Origin: Haliotis rubra
Taxonomy: Eukaryota
Reading direction: 5' to 3'
NCBI RefSeq assembly: GCF_003918875.1
Contig: NW_025767403.1
Coordinates: 186,001 to 250,000, forward strand
DNA: 64,000 nucleotides
The notes below the pieces were generated by a model, which was not told where the DNA came from, did not search any database, and was given only the letters and a program-made list of their open reading frames with translations. Numbering within the stretch: position 1 is the first letter of the stretch; every line of letters begins with the position of its first letter. Made by a program: the position numbers and the translations under genes. Shown here piece after piece: positions 12,703-25,999 of this stretch.

Positions 12703-13812
12703 ACGTTGTCTACATTGTTCTCAGAACGTAAAATTGTGTTTTCGTGAAAGATTTTTCTTGTATTTTCTTGGAGGAAAATTGTCACATCTTAACATGTCAG
12801 TGTTCAGGATGCACGTGTTTAATCAAAAGCTTAACTACTACATCTCTTCTCCATGTAGCTCTTCTAACATAACTTCATTTTATTATCAAACACTGACATT
12901 CGTTGCAGAACCCAATCGTAATAAATATCACGCAATTATTCCCTCCATAAACGATCATCTGTGCCACGTGATTAACCCTTTCTCTCGTCACGCCGACAGG
13001 GATGAATTCTGTACACACGTTGGTGCAATCGCCGAGTTCCATGCCTGTTTTCCCGACAGAATAGTGAGCTTAGTTTTACGCCAGCAGTATCACGGGGGGT
13101 GGACACAAGAAATAGAATAGAATAGTGATTTAACAGAAATATTACATGCTTACAGAACGCGCATTTCCTAAATTGCAGACAGTTTCATATGTTCTGAAGA
13201 ATACGTTCAGCCAGTGATGATTCCTGGTTGGGATGTTATTAATGTTATTCAACATATGCTGCACGTAAGCGGTAACTGACTAGATCGGGTGGCCAGGATT
13301 GGTGGATTCCATGTCATGGGATCTCGACTGCTCGATGTTATGGTTTCCAATATAGCTGGAATATTGTCGAGTCCAGCCTGACACAACCTGCAAACAAAAT
13401 TGTTTGTTTGATTATTTTTTATCACACACAAACAAACAAAGGTACCAGTGGTTAAGGGTTAATATTTATCCGTCATTAATTGCATTTGTTTTGGGGTTAT
13501 GAGAGTTTTCTGTTAACCCCATTTCACCTTTCGTAAGAAAGGGCAAACACTGAGTGGTTCCTGGAGAAGATGTTCACAGTGATCATTGTTTCCACTGGTG
13601 TTTAGGTAATAACTGTTAATTGATAGGTGTTTTATGTCAGATTCATTTTAACGTCAGATTTACTTTATAGTTTGACATCAATTTTTCTTTTTATTTCCTG
13701 AAGTGATGTCCATCCATCCGTCCTTCATCCATCTACCCATTATCAGTCCAGCTATAATTCACCCATCTATTCTTTACATCCACGCACGCACGCACGAACC
13801 CTTCACGAACGC

Positions 13813-14194
13813 NNNNNNNNNNNNNNNNNNNNNNNNNNNNNNNNNNNNNNNNNNNNNNNNNNNNNNNNNNNNNNNNNNNNNNNNNNNNNNNNNNNNNNNN
13901 NNNNNNNNNNNNNNNNNNNNNNNNNNNNNNNNNNNNNNNNNNNNNNNNNNNNNNNNNNNNNNNNNNNNNNNNNNNNNNNNNNNNNNNNNNNNNNNNNNNN
14001 NNNNNNNNNNNNNNNNNNNNNNNNNNNNNNNNNNNNNNNNNNNNNNNNNNNNNNNNNNNNNNNNNNNNNNNNNNNNNNNNNNNNNNNNNNNNNNNNNNNN
14101 NNNNNNNNNNNNNNNNNNNNNNNNNNNNNNNNNNNNNNNNNNNNNNNNNNNNNNNNNNNNNNNNNNNNNNNNNNNNNNNNNNNNNNNNNNNNNN
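13813..14194. other. Assembly gap
   Basis: N run. Confidence 0.99.
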
Positions 14195-14687
14195 GGTTTG
14201 GATAAACGAGTATATCTAGTATATCTACCTATCTCAGTGTCTCCGATTAATTGGATCAACACTGTCTGTCAGATTTTATTGACAATATCAGGTGAGAATA
14301 AGTCTAAAGATATAAAGGATATATTTGCTTAATCTGTGCGTGTATCTTGTTTATCTCACCGAGTGGAAGTGTTATCTTTATCATGTTGTTGTTCTATTTA
14401 GCATTTAATCTTTTACTCATCTTATTCGGAAAGCCCAGTGTCACTGGAATAGTCATTTCAGCATCACATCTTATATCACGGCAAATTTGTCGCTATTTCG
14501 GTTGAGGCATTCGGTCGACAGGAACAAAGAGCCACAAATAAAAAGAATACACATTGAGTTTACATACATTTCTGTTCTTTGATAGATTCGTCTTTGATGG
14601 GCCAGATCCCACAGTGGTACAAAATCGTTTGCGAATGGCGAACTGCCCAGCAGCTCAAATAAAATACTAGGGAATAGCTATTATTTG

Positions 14688-14896
14688 AGCTATATGGCTG
14701 CGGTCTGTAAATAATCGAGTCTTGACCAGACAATCCAGTGATCACCACCATAAGCATCGATGTACATGTATACCCAATTGCGATACGATGAAATGTGCGA
14801 ACCATGTCAACGAGCATCATCACCCGATCCCGTTAGTCGCCTCTTACGACAATTATGGGTTGCTGAAGATCAACTTTTAGCTGGATCTTCACGGGT
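14688..14896 (-). mobile_element. SINE family B
   Basis: Includes the CCCGTGAAG 5' end. Confidence 0.82.
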
Positions 14897-15015
14897 CGCG
14901 ATATGTTTTGCAATCGTCCTCGTTTAACGACAAAGGAACTGAATGTATTAAATGTGCATATATCCATCTAACAAGCAGTAGATCAAGTCTTCTCGAAAGG
15001 CTATGGGATAAAAGC

Positions 15016-15798
15016 ATGCACAACGACCTGGCACCTTCTATTCTGACTGATTTACTTCCTCAGACTGTTCGTGACTCTACAACTTATGACCTTAGAAACT
15101 CTGAAAATTTTGTAAGACCATCATATAGGCTTAAACACTCAAGTCAATATTATATCCCATCAACGACAGTATTATGGCATAACATCCCATTAGAAAAGCG
15201 AATGTTACCATCAACAGAGACGTTTACATCATATTTGAAGAAACCTATTGTCATGGCACCAGCATATTTTTCTACAGGTATACGCAAACAAAATATTATT
15301 CATACTCATTTAAGATACCATGTAAGTGAATTGAATTACGATTTATTTAATGTTGGCATTAGGTCAGTTCAAAATGTGAATTTGGGAATTTACGAGAAAA
15401 TGCTTGTCACTTCATGTTTGAGTGTTCTCTATATAACGAACACAGAATGAAAATGTTTAACCTTTTAAAATTACAAGTACATGATGATGCTTTAAATTTA
15501 GATTTATTATTAAATGGCAGCAAGAACTTATCATATACTCAAAATCATGCAATATTTAAAGCAGTTCAGCATTACATATCAAATAGCAAGCGTTTTTCTT
15601 GAATGCTGTAAATATTTTCATATGTCTTAATAACTATCTCCGTACATAGGTCTCTACCATTTCTGTACTATATTTCTTTCTATATTACATGTATGTTGTT
15701 GTATATTTATCATGTTGTAAATACTCGGGAGATGGTTACCTAAGTTGGATAACTTGTTCCTCATCCCTTTCTTCACTGAATAAAATATGTTTAAATCA
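15016..15798 (+). mobile_element. 5'-truncated CR1-group LINE: ORF2 C-terminus and 3' UTR
   Basis: LAPSILTDLLP..YDLRN..YIPSTTVLWHNIP..HTHLR..LNYDLF..FEC..Y...R; 3' hairpin then AATAAAATATGTTTAAA. Confidence 0.8.
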
Positions 15799-15977
15799 AA
15801 AGAAATAATAGGTATGAGAAAAATTATATATGTATTGCAAAGAATGCAAACAATAAGCCATAAAACTTTAATGTAAACGCGATATCACATATAGATGTAT
15901 ACATTTAAGCACAAGTTTCTTTAAATACTTTAATTCAGAATATTTATAACGCGTTATATTGCTCAGGCTCCATATCC

Positions 15978-16159
15978 TGCTCAAAGTGTTATATGGATGC
16001 TCAAGTTATATGGATGCTCAAAGTGCACAAGTTATATGGATGCTCAAAGTTCACAAGTTATATGGATGCTCAAAGTGCACAAGTTATATGGATTCTCAAA
16101 GTGCACAAGTTATATGGATGCTCAAAGTGCACAAGTTATATGGATGCTCAAAGCGCACA
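15978..16159. repeat. Minisatellite, 26 bp unit, about 6.5 copies
   Basis: CAAGTTATATGGATGCTCAAAGTGCA repeats. Confidence 0.93.
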
Positions 16160-16224
16160 ATCTGATTAGCATTGTTGTGACCTGAGCTCTATGCACAGGG
16201 CCACACACCACCATATATACTAAG

Positions 16225-16580
16225 AGGTGAGGTGAGGTGAAATTGGGTTTTACGTCGCGCTTGAGAATATTTCGCTCATATGACGACGTGCATGCGTGTG
16301 TATGTGTATGTGCGGCTGCTTGTTCTAGCCCAGACTGTAGCTGGTTTTAGTGCTAGCCCACTGAAATACCATGCCGCAGTGAAGCATGAATACCCCACTC
16401 AGACACATTATACTGACTCTGAGCCGACCAGTCCTTGTTGTACCCATTAATGCCGAGCGCCAGGCAGGGACCAACAAGTACCATATTTTAACGTCTTTTT
16501 GGTATGACGCGGTCGGGGATTGAACCCACGACCTTCGGCTCTCCGGGCGGACGCTCTAACCACTACACCACGGAGGCTGT
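16225..16580 (-). mobile_element. SINE family C (tRNA head plus conserved central domain, ~350 bp)
   Basis: A/B boxes, GTCATACCAAAAGACGTTAAAATATGGTAC core, (ACCTC)n tail, TSD CATATATACTAAGA. Confidence 0.9.
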
Positions 16581-16738
16581 CATATATACTAAGAAAGTAT
16601 GTATAGTAATATTGTAACAAAAAAAGCAATGTAACAAGAAAGCTATACATATTAGCAAAGAAACAAGAAAGTAAATAATTGATAGAGCAAGACAGTGTAA
16701 ATAATTGATAAAACAAGAAAATTTATAATTAATATTCA

Positions 16739-16978
16739 CCCGTGAAGGTCTGGGTTAGAATCAACCTTCAGTAACCCATGCTTGTCGTAAGGGGCGACTA
16801 ACGGGATCGGGTGGTCAGGCTCGCTGACTTGGTTGACACATGTCATCGGTTCCCAATTGCGCAGATCGATGCTCATGCTGTTGATCACTGGATTGTCTGG
16901 TCCAGACTCGATTATTTACAGACCGCCACCATAGAGCTGGAATATCGCTAAGTGCGGCGTAAAACTAAACTCACTCAC
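16739..16978 (+). mobile_element. SINE family B (~240 bp, no tRNA head), full length
   Basis: TSD TATAATTAATATTCA directly abuts CCCGTGAAG; 3' tail shared with family A. Confidence 0.88.
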
Positions 16979-17854
16979 TATAATTAATATTCAAAGAAAG
17001 TAAATAACATGTATAAAACGTATATTAGTGATATACCAGGAATATCTATGTTTGATACAATAACTAACTGTGAATTTTAAGCTCGGTAATGCTCAGAAGC
17101 GCAGTTTCCAATCACCCTGACTGGGTTTACAGTTGACAGGTTGACGAAGTGTAATCGGTAGATATAAAGTGATAATACTGTGTACTACTTGCATGAAGAC
17201 AGACTTTAATGCGCTAACTACCCGAGAGCTTTTCGTGCCTATCAATTTCCAGATGAGAAAGATCAACCTGGGAGAAATATCAAAAGAGGTGAAAAGTAGG
17301 AGGGACCTGAAACGGATTATGAACATCGGTGAACGTCGTGACTATTGAAAAATAGGATTGAGGAAAAGGATAAAGATTACTTAAGAGACTGTTTGACTCA
17401 AGTCCAAGATTTGAGGTAAAGCATGGCAAGAGGTACACAGATGAAGCAGAAAATTACAAAAGACTCAAAACTAGGATCGGTGTAAACGGATTATGATTAG
17501 AGAAACTCTTATATTGTATATCTCCGTTCATTATTGTTGGGTGAAATGCGGCAAGATGACTCATGGTCGCGGTCTATAATTTGTCTTAAATTCACATGCA
17601 TGTTTATTGTACCTTGAAATCGCCCTTCGACTTACCATCTTGTGTACACAGTGTGCATTTATGCGTTGATTAGTTCCGAGCGAGCACAGACTAGTTTATC
17701 TCGGGAACCTTCTGTTTAGACTGATCTGTATAAAGAGCATTATTTAATACGAGGTAATTGAAAATGTTAATGTGTCATATACTTTGTTCTTACTTATCGT
17801 TCCTTCTAGAAACAGACAATGTATTCGCAATTCCTGATAGTCAGTAAGATTATG

Positions 17855-17950
17855 TACAAATTCTAGTACGGGGGAGGGGGAGGGGGGTTTGAAAAAATGT
17901 ACTAGAATTTGTACTTTACTAAGAAAGTGTAATCCCAAATATAACATATG
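17855..17950. mobile_element. Short copy of the same palindromic family
   Basis: GTACTAGAATTTGTACTTTACTAAGAAAGTGTAATCCCAAATATAACATATG arm; G-rich centre. Confidence 0.7.
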
Positions 17951-18179
17951 TCGCAGTAAAGAAGTTGTTCATCCATATATTGTTATCCTTCCTTAATGAC
18001 TACACCGCCACGACAACCATCGCCGACGACGATGACAACGACAATGATGATCAGTCAAGCATTTTCTGGTATTTTGTTTGCTATTCCGACTCCAGCATAT
18101 TACATTCCCTCGTTGAATGGAGTTGGGGAGTTGGGTGGTTTCGGGGGTGTCCTGCATGACCTGTGTTCATCAGGATGGT

Positions 18180-18418
18180 GGTTGGTTTGTTCGTTGTTTA
18201 ACGCCGCACTCAGCAATATTCCAGCTATATGGTGGTGGTCTGTAAATAATCGAGTCTGGACCAGGCAATCCAGTGATCAACAGCATGAGCATCGATCTAA
18301 GCATCTGGGATACGATGAGACGTGTCAACCAAGTCAGTGAGTCTGACCATCTCACCCCCTTAGTCTTACAACAATCATGAGTTGCTGAAGACCAAGTCTC
18401 ACCGAGATCTTCACAGGT
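18180..18418 (-). mobile_element. SINE family B
   Basis: Diverged full length. Confidence 0.82.
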
Positions 18419-18816
18419 TTCATCACGATGTACAATGTGTGTTAAGGTTATAGATAAACACAATCTCATATAAATATTGGTCATATTCAATGCCTTTCCG
18501 GCTGAGAAATTACCAAGATTCATTAATATTTAATATCTATGGTTTTACACCGCTGTCATCAGTATCACTACGATGGACAGTAATGGGTCTCATTCATTGT
18601 ATCCATGTGGGGAATTGAACCCGGTCTTCTACTTGAAGAGAAGTCACAAAGCAACTCTATATTTTAAATAAAACCACATTAACGATATCTCATTTTCGGT
18701 TCTATTCTCTGCTTCTACAGAAATCTTGATATACATGACATCCGTGATAAAAAGATTTAAAAATATCATCAGTACGAGTAAAATATTTAAATACAGAGGA
18801 TTACCGACTCTAGTGA

Positions 18817-19005
18817 NNNNNNNNNNNNNNNNNNNNNNNNNNNNNNNNNNNNNNNNNNNNNNNNNNNNNNNNNNNNNNNNNNNNNNNNNNNNNNNNNNNN
18901 NNNNNNNNNNNNNNNNNNNNNNNNNNNNNNNNNNNNNNNNNNNNNNNNNNNNNNNNNNNNNNNNNNNNNNNNNNNNNNNNNNNNNNNNNNNNNNNNNNNN
19001 NNNNN
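18817..19005. other. Assembly gap
   Basis: N run. Confidence 0.99.
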
Positions 19006-19864
19006 CACTATAGGAAAATACTGAGAAAGAAGGCACTGTCAAAATAGAATTAAAACTGACATTAAACACCTATCAATTAACAGTTAGGTAAAGACCAGTG
19101 GAAACAATGATCAGTGTGCACATCTTGGACTCAATGTTTGCCCTGTCTTACAAAACGTGAAATGGGGTTAACAGAAAACTCCCATAACCCCAAGCAAATG
19201 TAATTAATGACGGATAAATATTAACCCTTAACCACTGGTACCTTTTGTTATATTTGTTGTTACATACAAAATGATACTAATCGAAATCTTGACTGCTCCC
19301 TAACCTGGGGCATATCCAATCATTGATGGTTGATAACAATCCATATTAACCTAACACACGTGGATTAAACAGAAGTATGTTGGTGTTCTCTCCGGCGTCG
19401 AACACTGCCGCTCGAGGCGGCGCTGCTTTGATCTTCAAAAACAGGCATACGAGATAAAGGGAGGATTTCATTCTCTGGAATAGAAAGTTTTATTTTTTAT
19501 TAAATTTCATTTGATATGACTCTAGGCGACAAGGGTGGGGGTGGTCATACAACGTTCTCAATTTCCAGAAACGTACTCTTCTGTATACATACCAAATCAA
19601 ACTAGAGTGATCTTTGAACGCTCTTGACCAAGCCTGACTATCACCAGGCCAGTGCAAGGAAATTAATAGGAATAATATTTGAAGGTGTCTTGAAAAAAAT
19701 AAAAATTAGAAGTTTTCCTTGCAATCTACACAAAGACAAAACAAATGTTATCATACTGGATTTAGATATTTTTATATGTACCCAGTTCAAATCAAACTCA
19801 AGAGTCTTTTCTTTAAAATGACGTCAGTTTTGTTTAAAGATGAACCCCACAACATTTCACAAAA

Positions 19865-20182
19865 GAAGGTCTGTAGGTTCTGACAATGTCTGTATACAGT
19901 GACACATACCTCTTCGAATGTCTGTAGGTTCTGACAATGTCTGTATACAGTGACACATCCCTTCTTCGAATGTCTGTAGGTTCTGACAATGTCTGTATAC
20001 AGTGACAAATACCTTCTTCGAAGGTCTGTAGGTTCTGAAAATGTCTGTATACAGTGACAAATACCTTCTTCGAAGGTCTGTAGGTTCTGAAAATGTCTGT
20101 ATACAGTGACAAATACCTTCTTCGAAGGTCTGTAGGTTCTGACAATGTCTGTATACAGTGACACATCCCTTCTTCGAATGTC
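19865..20182. repeat. Minisatellite, 52 bp unit, about 6 copies
   Basis: TCTGTAGG recurs at 19921, 19973, 20025 etc. Confidence 0.93.
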
Positions 20183-20949
20183 CTTTAGACAATATTAAGA
20201 AACATTTTTGGGACTCCACCAGTGTGAAGGTGACGGATCGTTAGGACCGACTGGATAAAGGAAACACCCAATGAAGATGGCCTCGACACTAGAATCTTGT
20301 TAATGTTTCGACAGAATATAATATTTCCTTCTTTAAGTTACGAGTCTGAATTTCTTTGTGTGACCACTTCAAACTTGGTCCAGATATCTCGAAACAAACT
20401 GAAGTCTGGGTTTTGATTTAAGTTAGAGTTTTTAATCAAAATTGAGAAAACACATATCCCAGAATGAACTGAAATTGATGTTAAACTCAAACATTTGAGT
20501 TTGTTTGATGGATAGAGTACTTAATTTTTCATTTATTAATTTATTTATTTTTTGGCTCTTTTTTTGCAAAAAATGCAGTTGAGTAAAAACATTCAGCTGT
20601 TTCAAATTGCCGAACTTGAGTAAAAACTTAAGTTTGTTTCGAGAAATCCGGGTCTGAATGCCTGTTTCAAAAATGTTCACTGTTTTTATCACAGATGTCT
20701 TGTGTTAATGAACTTTACATAAAGTGCACCTTGCAAAAGTAAAGTCAGGGCTCATTATCCAATTACATGTTAATAGTCGTGTATACACGTTAATGGTCCG
20801 TATTATAGGCCTCCCGCTGACCACAGTGGTCAGTTTCATTCAGCTATAAATATGTCTCCTCAGGGCCACTGAACGAGTTAGCTGCCCTTGAATTTGATGA
20901 TCTGTTTTATTACCCGTCAGTTACAATGATGGGAAACACAGTATGCGGG

Positions 20950-21235
20950 TGGGTGAGGTGAGGTTAAATTGGGTTTTACGTCGTACTTGAGAATATTTCG
21001 CTCATATGACGACGTGCATGCGTGTGTATGTGTATGTGCGGCTGCTTGTACTAGCCCAGACTGTAGCTGGTTTTATAGTGCTAGCTCACTGAGATACCAT
21101 GCCGCAGAGAAGCATGAATACCCCACTCAGACACATTATACTGACTCCGAGCCGACCAGTCCTTGTTGTACCCATTAATGCCGAGCTCCAGACAGAGACC
21201 AACAAGTACCATATTTTAACGTCTTTTGGTATGAG
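20950..21235 (-). mobile_element. SINE family C, 5'-truncated
   Basis: High similarity to 16225-16580. Confidence 0.88.
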
Positions 21236-22541
21236 GCTGGGATACGACTGAAATCTTATATACTCATGGGCAAAAGTAACTTTCATCAACTATATATATA
21301 CTCGTATGCTCAAAAGCAAAAGTAACTGTCATCAAAAATATATACCCAAATTATGAACAACACAAGGGTATAAGAAATTATACCGAAATATGATAAAGAA
21401 GTTGCTATCCATAAAGTAGCGTGCTTTCTTTATTTTGTAATATACTTGTTAAGAATAACAGTCTGACAGTTTTTGTTACATCCTCACATTGCAGGGATCT
21501 ATTAATTTCCATTTCACTGATCGTATATCTTCTCAGTCTGGTGGTCGTCATGGAATTATATCCACCTGTCAAGTAACTTCAAAGCCACGCCCACATTGTT
21601 TCGACGATTCCCACTGCTGCCGGCGAAGTTTATCGACAAGAGTGTTACATACGTCTGTATACCTGTATAATTATAACATAACGTTTGATACATTCGGCAT
21701 TTTAAACGGTATGATCCAGATTGGAGTTGTTGGTATTCATGAGAACATTCGGACCCATTAATCATCAGATTCCCGAGTGTTTGGTGTAGTACGGATTATC
21801 CGCGGATTTCAAGAGATTATCAAGAGGATTAAATTTTTACTAATACTAAGAGAATGTATGTTACAAGTGCAATCACAAACCACACATACTTAGACCAGAG
21901 GACGATATCTTTATTGTACGGTACAGGCCTGAGGTACTGCCTATCCCAGCGAAATAACTGGTTTATGTTGATGTTTACGTGTGAAGCGCATTAGTGAAGT
22001 AGAACATGTAATAAACATAGTTCCAAGGCAGCGTAGGTCTGTTGTTTAACGCCTTCAACGTTCCATATCGGTGACGGCGGTGTGGGAATCATCGAATGAA
22101 GGCCAGGTAAACCAGTGGTTGATTTTATGAATAATGATCCACGTTTAGTGGGTACTGTGACAAGCAATATCTGTAATTAAGGACATGGGAGTTGTAGCTC
22201 TTTTAGTCAACAGGATCCGCATAATCAGATATGAACATGTGAATGAGAATTATTATTCAACACTTGCAAAAGTTGAACTCGACTGTGACGTGAAACTGAA
22301 AATAATAACCTGCATGAAGTACGTTGTAACGAGTCATTAGCGGTACATTATGTATGTCATGGAGAGACGGAAAAGAAACATGTATGTTTGTAGTTGAGCT
22401 CCTACACCAAATTTACATTTATATCTATATTTTTGAATATGTATGATTTACATTATATTTGTACTCTGGGCCACGCGGCCTCCAATGCTGAATAAAGTCT
22501 CTCTCTATAAACGGTCACCTAATCTCACTGAAAAGGGGCCA

Positions 22542-22994
22542 CACATTTCTAACAACCCTGGATGCGCTTGTGGATACCACAATGAAGATACTGTTCATTA
22601 TCTTTTTACATGTAAGTTATACACTGCTATTAGAAATAATACCTACTTCTATGTAAATGGCCACAATCTCCAAAGTGTGTTATACGAATACCTCCGGCAA
22701 ACAACAACGTCAATAAGAACATAATAGAGTCCCTGCATCAATACATTTTTAAGTCTAAATGATTTGACAAATTATACTAACAATTATATGCAATCAATTA
22801 ATGAAGTGTAGCTGCAAGCTCAATGTTTATAAGCACCTACAACGCACATATATGATTTAATTTGTCGGGGTTTTTTGTATCCAGTTCTTGTGTATTTTGT
22901 TTAAATGATATATGTACTGGTGAGGTATTGATATAAGCAGAGTTCTGCTTGTTTACCAAACCAGATTCTCTAGGAATAAAAATATGTTTAAACC
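22542..22994 (+). mobile_element. 5'-truncated CR1-group LINE 3' end with 11 bp TSD
   Basis: CACGYHNEDTVHYLFTC zinc-knuckle-like motif; same tail as the 15 kb copy; TSD AAAAGGGGCCA at 22531-22541 and 22995-23005. Confidence 0.82.
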
Positions 22995-24752
22995 AAAAGG
23001 GGCCATGGAGCAGGTTGGAGAAAGTGTCAGTTTAAGGTGATATTTACTAAGTCCCGGATGCTTGTTTTGAGCTATACTCTGGATTTGTGTCAACGGTATT
23101 GCGTACCTGACACGTGGGATGTGTCAAATGGGATTATTATGCGAGCTCATCCACTAAGATACCATACCAGAGTTTTGACGAGGATACCACTCAGATGCAC
23201 CATACTGACTTCCAGCCGGCCAATCATTGCGCTATTCCCTTAGCGTCAGGCACGGTAATAACAAGTACCACTTAACGTCTTGGTGTGAAACGGTTTCAGC
23301 ATCGAACCAAAGGCCCTCAAGTCCTGTAGTCTATTATTTGAGAAACTTGTTTTCACTTATATATACTCACCCCCAAAAAGAAACCCATAAATGTATTTTC
23401 ACGAATTCATTCTTTAAAGTGAGATATGCATGTAATTCTGGAAATTATAACAATCAAACCGTACTTCTTAAAATTATTTGAAATTGCACATATCAACATC
23501 ACCTGTGCGGGTTTTTAAGGGGAAAGTTAATTATTTCCTGTAGTAAATTGTTTCACAATTAGGCTGAATAATGAAAAGTGGCATTTTAGAAGCTGCTATG
23601 ATGAATAGGAACAAGTTATATGGATTGACAACTTCTTGGATACAATGGATGCGGCGTGTCAGTGTAGATGCTAACACCGTTGTCATGAAGCAAGTTATCA
23701 CGAATCTACACTGAAACGTCGCATCCATTTTAATAAAGACTTTGTCAATCCATATTATTTGTTCCTCTTCTTTATCAGAGAGGTTTTGGGATCGACGAAC
23801 CCTGTTAATTAAATTTCTCCTTTTCAGACTTTGGAGTCACGGCATCTTTCTTCCATTTCGCTCTCGCACTTTTCTAACTAGGTTTCTGTAGTTTGAAGTG
23901 ATCTCTCAAAATGCAAGAAACACAAGACATAGCTGTATCCGAAATTTCCTCCTCGCTAAATTGGTCCTTACACTTGGATGTCAGAAGAAATGACATTTGG
24001 TATGTTCATATGTATTGGGGCACTGATCCACACAACACAATACTCCATCTCGCGTCTACTGCACACCAGAATAACTAGAAAATCACTTCATTGTGATTTC
24101 CATGGACGCACTGTGAAGAAGGTAAAATGGCAGATGTCTCTAGACCGGGGCTGGGACTACGATATCCATACAGGCAGGATTAGAGCAGTTGTTTGTTAAT
24201 ACAATAAAAAAAATCCTTTTGTGTAAATAGATACCCTTTGACCATTTAACATGTGTTAAGAAGTTTAAATTCAGTATATCTCCTTTAATGACCTGTTTGG
24301 TCAGACAGCAGACGACACTTTCCCGCCAAAACACAAGTGTCGTCTGCTTCAGTATCGCCCGGACAATGCGCTAAGGAACCCGCTTCGATCCTATAGAATT
24401 AGTGACGTAACCCCTTATGTGCTAAGTAGGGGCAATGACGCAAAGTTATGATGTATCTATTTGAATCTGTAAATCGTTCCGGAAGAGAAGGGCACATATG
24501 GTTAAAACGTATCCATGGGAAATCTTAACAATCCTTCAGTAAGCACCTCATTCAATCTCATGTATAGATCTCGTGTTGAGGTGAATTTGGCAGATTGTCA
24601 CGTATTAAATGAAATAGAAGTATTGGGCCGTGCCAGAAATTCAGCTCTCATCTTCATCGCGGTGAGGTGAATGGGTTTAAAAGTCGCGTTCGTGATTATT
24701 AAACATAAACACACAAACACGCACAGACTGACGTCTAGTCTCTGAAATGAAC

Positions 24753-24912
24753 TGGGGCGGTGGGTAGCCTAGTGGTTAAAGCGTTCGCCTGTCATGCCGA
24801 AGACCCCGGTTCTATTCCCCACATGGGTACAATGTGTGAAGCCCATTTCTGGTGTCCCACACCGTGATATTGCTGGAATATTGCTAAAAGCGGCGTAAGA
24901 CTCTCTCACTCA
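24753..24912 (+). mobile_element. SINE family A
   Basis: Full length, TSD CTGAAATGAAC. Confidence 0.9.
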
Positions 24913-25608
24913 CTGAAATGAACATATTTTGCATAAAAAAACGGTTCCTAAAAAGGACATAATGAAAAGGAGCCAATAGACTTTCTTCATTTTCAGAAAG
25001 TGTGGTAAGCTAGACTTGCCACATATTCTTGACTTGCATGGGTATTTTTATATATTTGTTGCAGGGTCTGTATGTCCAAACGTGTATGTGTGTGTGTGTG
25101 CTTGTGTGTACGTTGTATTATACAGCATAAAATGTCTATGATTATCCAACTGCAAATATGTAAATAAACGGCGTTATACTAAACTGGTAAATAACTAAAC
25201 AGGTGCATCATTCACGCGCACACTTGAAGATACATACCTCTGTATACGAGCATATCACACATACAAACAGCAAAACGACTGATATAATCGCCCATGGGCG
25301 GATCCAGGAATTTTTGAAAGTAGGGGGTTCAGGGGGTTATTTTGAAAGGGGGGCCAATGTCGCCAGTACGCGTGCATGAGCGTGTGTGTGTGTGTGTTTG
25401 TCTTCGCCCAAGGCCCAGTTAGACTAACACAGTAAAAAGGTTATTTATCTTTAAATATATGTTATACAAAATAACGTGCAAATGGAACTCCGAACAATGC
25501 CATATTTCCATCTAAATTGCAGCATGTGACACATTAATAAACTATATTTCTTCTTCTTCTCTAAACTTGCGAATTTTTTCTAGGCTAACATTCCTTTATA
25601 GCGTTAAA

Positions 25609-25768
25609 GGGTGGGGTAGCCTAGTGGTTAAGGCGTTCGCTCTTCACGCCGAGGACCCGGGTTCGATTCCTCACATGGGTACAATATGTGCAGCACATTT
25701 TCTGGTGTCCCCCGTCGTGATATTGCTGGAATATTGCTAAAAGCGGCGTAAAACTAAACTCACTCACT
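25609..25768 (+). mobile_element. SINE family A
   Basis: A/B boxes, body and tail. Confidence 0.88.
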
Positions 25769-25999
25769 ATAACGTTAATATTTAGTGTCCAGTTTCTTGA
25801 CAGAAAAACTAAAGTAGGTTCGTTGCTTGCCCATCGAGATACCTTACCCTTACCGCAGTTTAACATGGATACTCACTCAGACCCTTACTCCGAGCCGACC
25901 TGTCCTAGATCTTATTAATGCCAAGTACAAGGCAAGGTAAAAACAAGTACCACATTTTAACGTCCTTTGGTATGATGCGCTGGGGATCGAACCAGGGAG

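Noticed and set aside
11184-19069. ORFs containing X runs
   Set aside because: Artefacts of N gaps
19787-20219. Three overlapping repetitive ORFs; CRISPR-like periodicity
   Set aside because: Pure 52 bp tandem repeat without unique spacers, in a eukaryotic context
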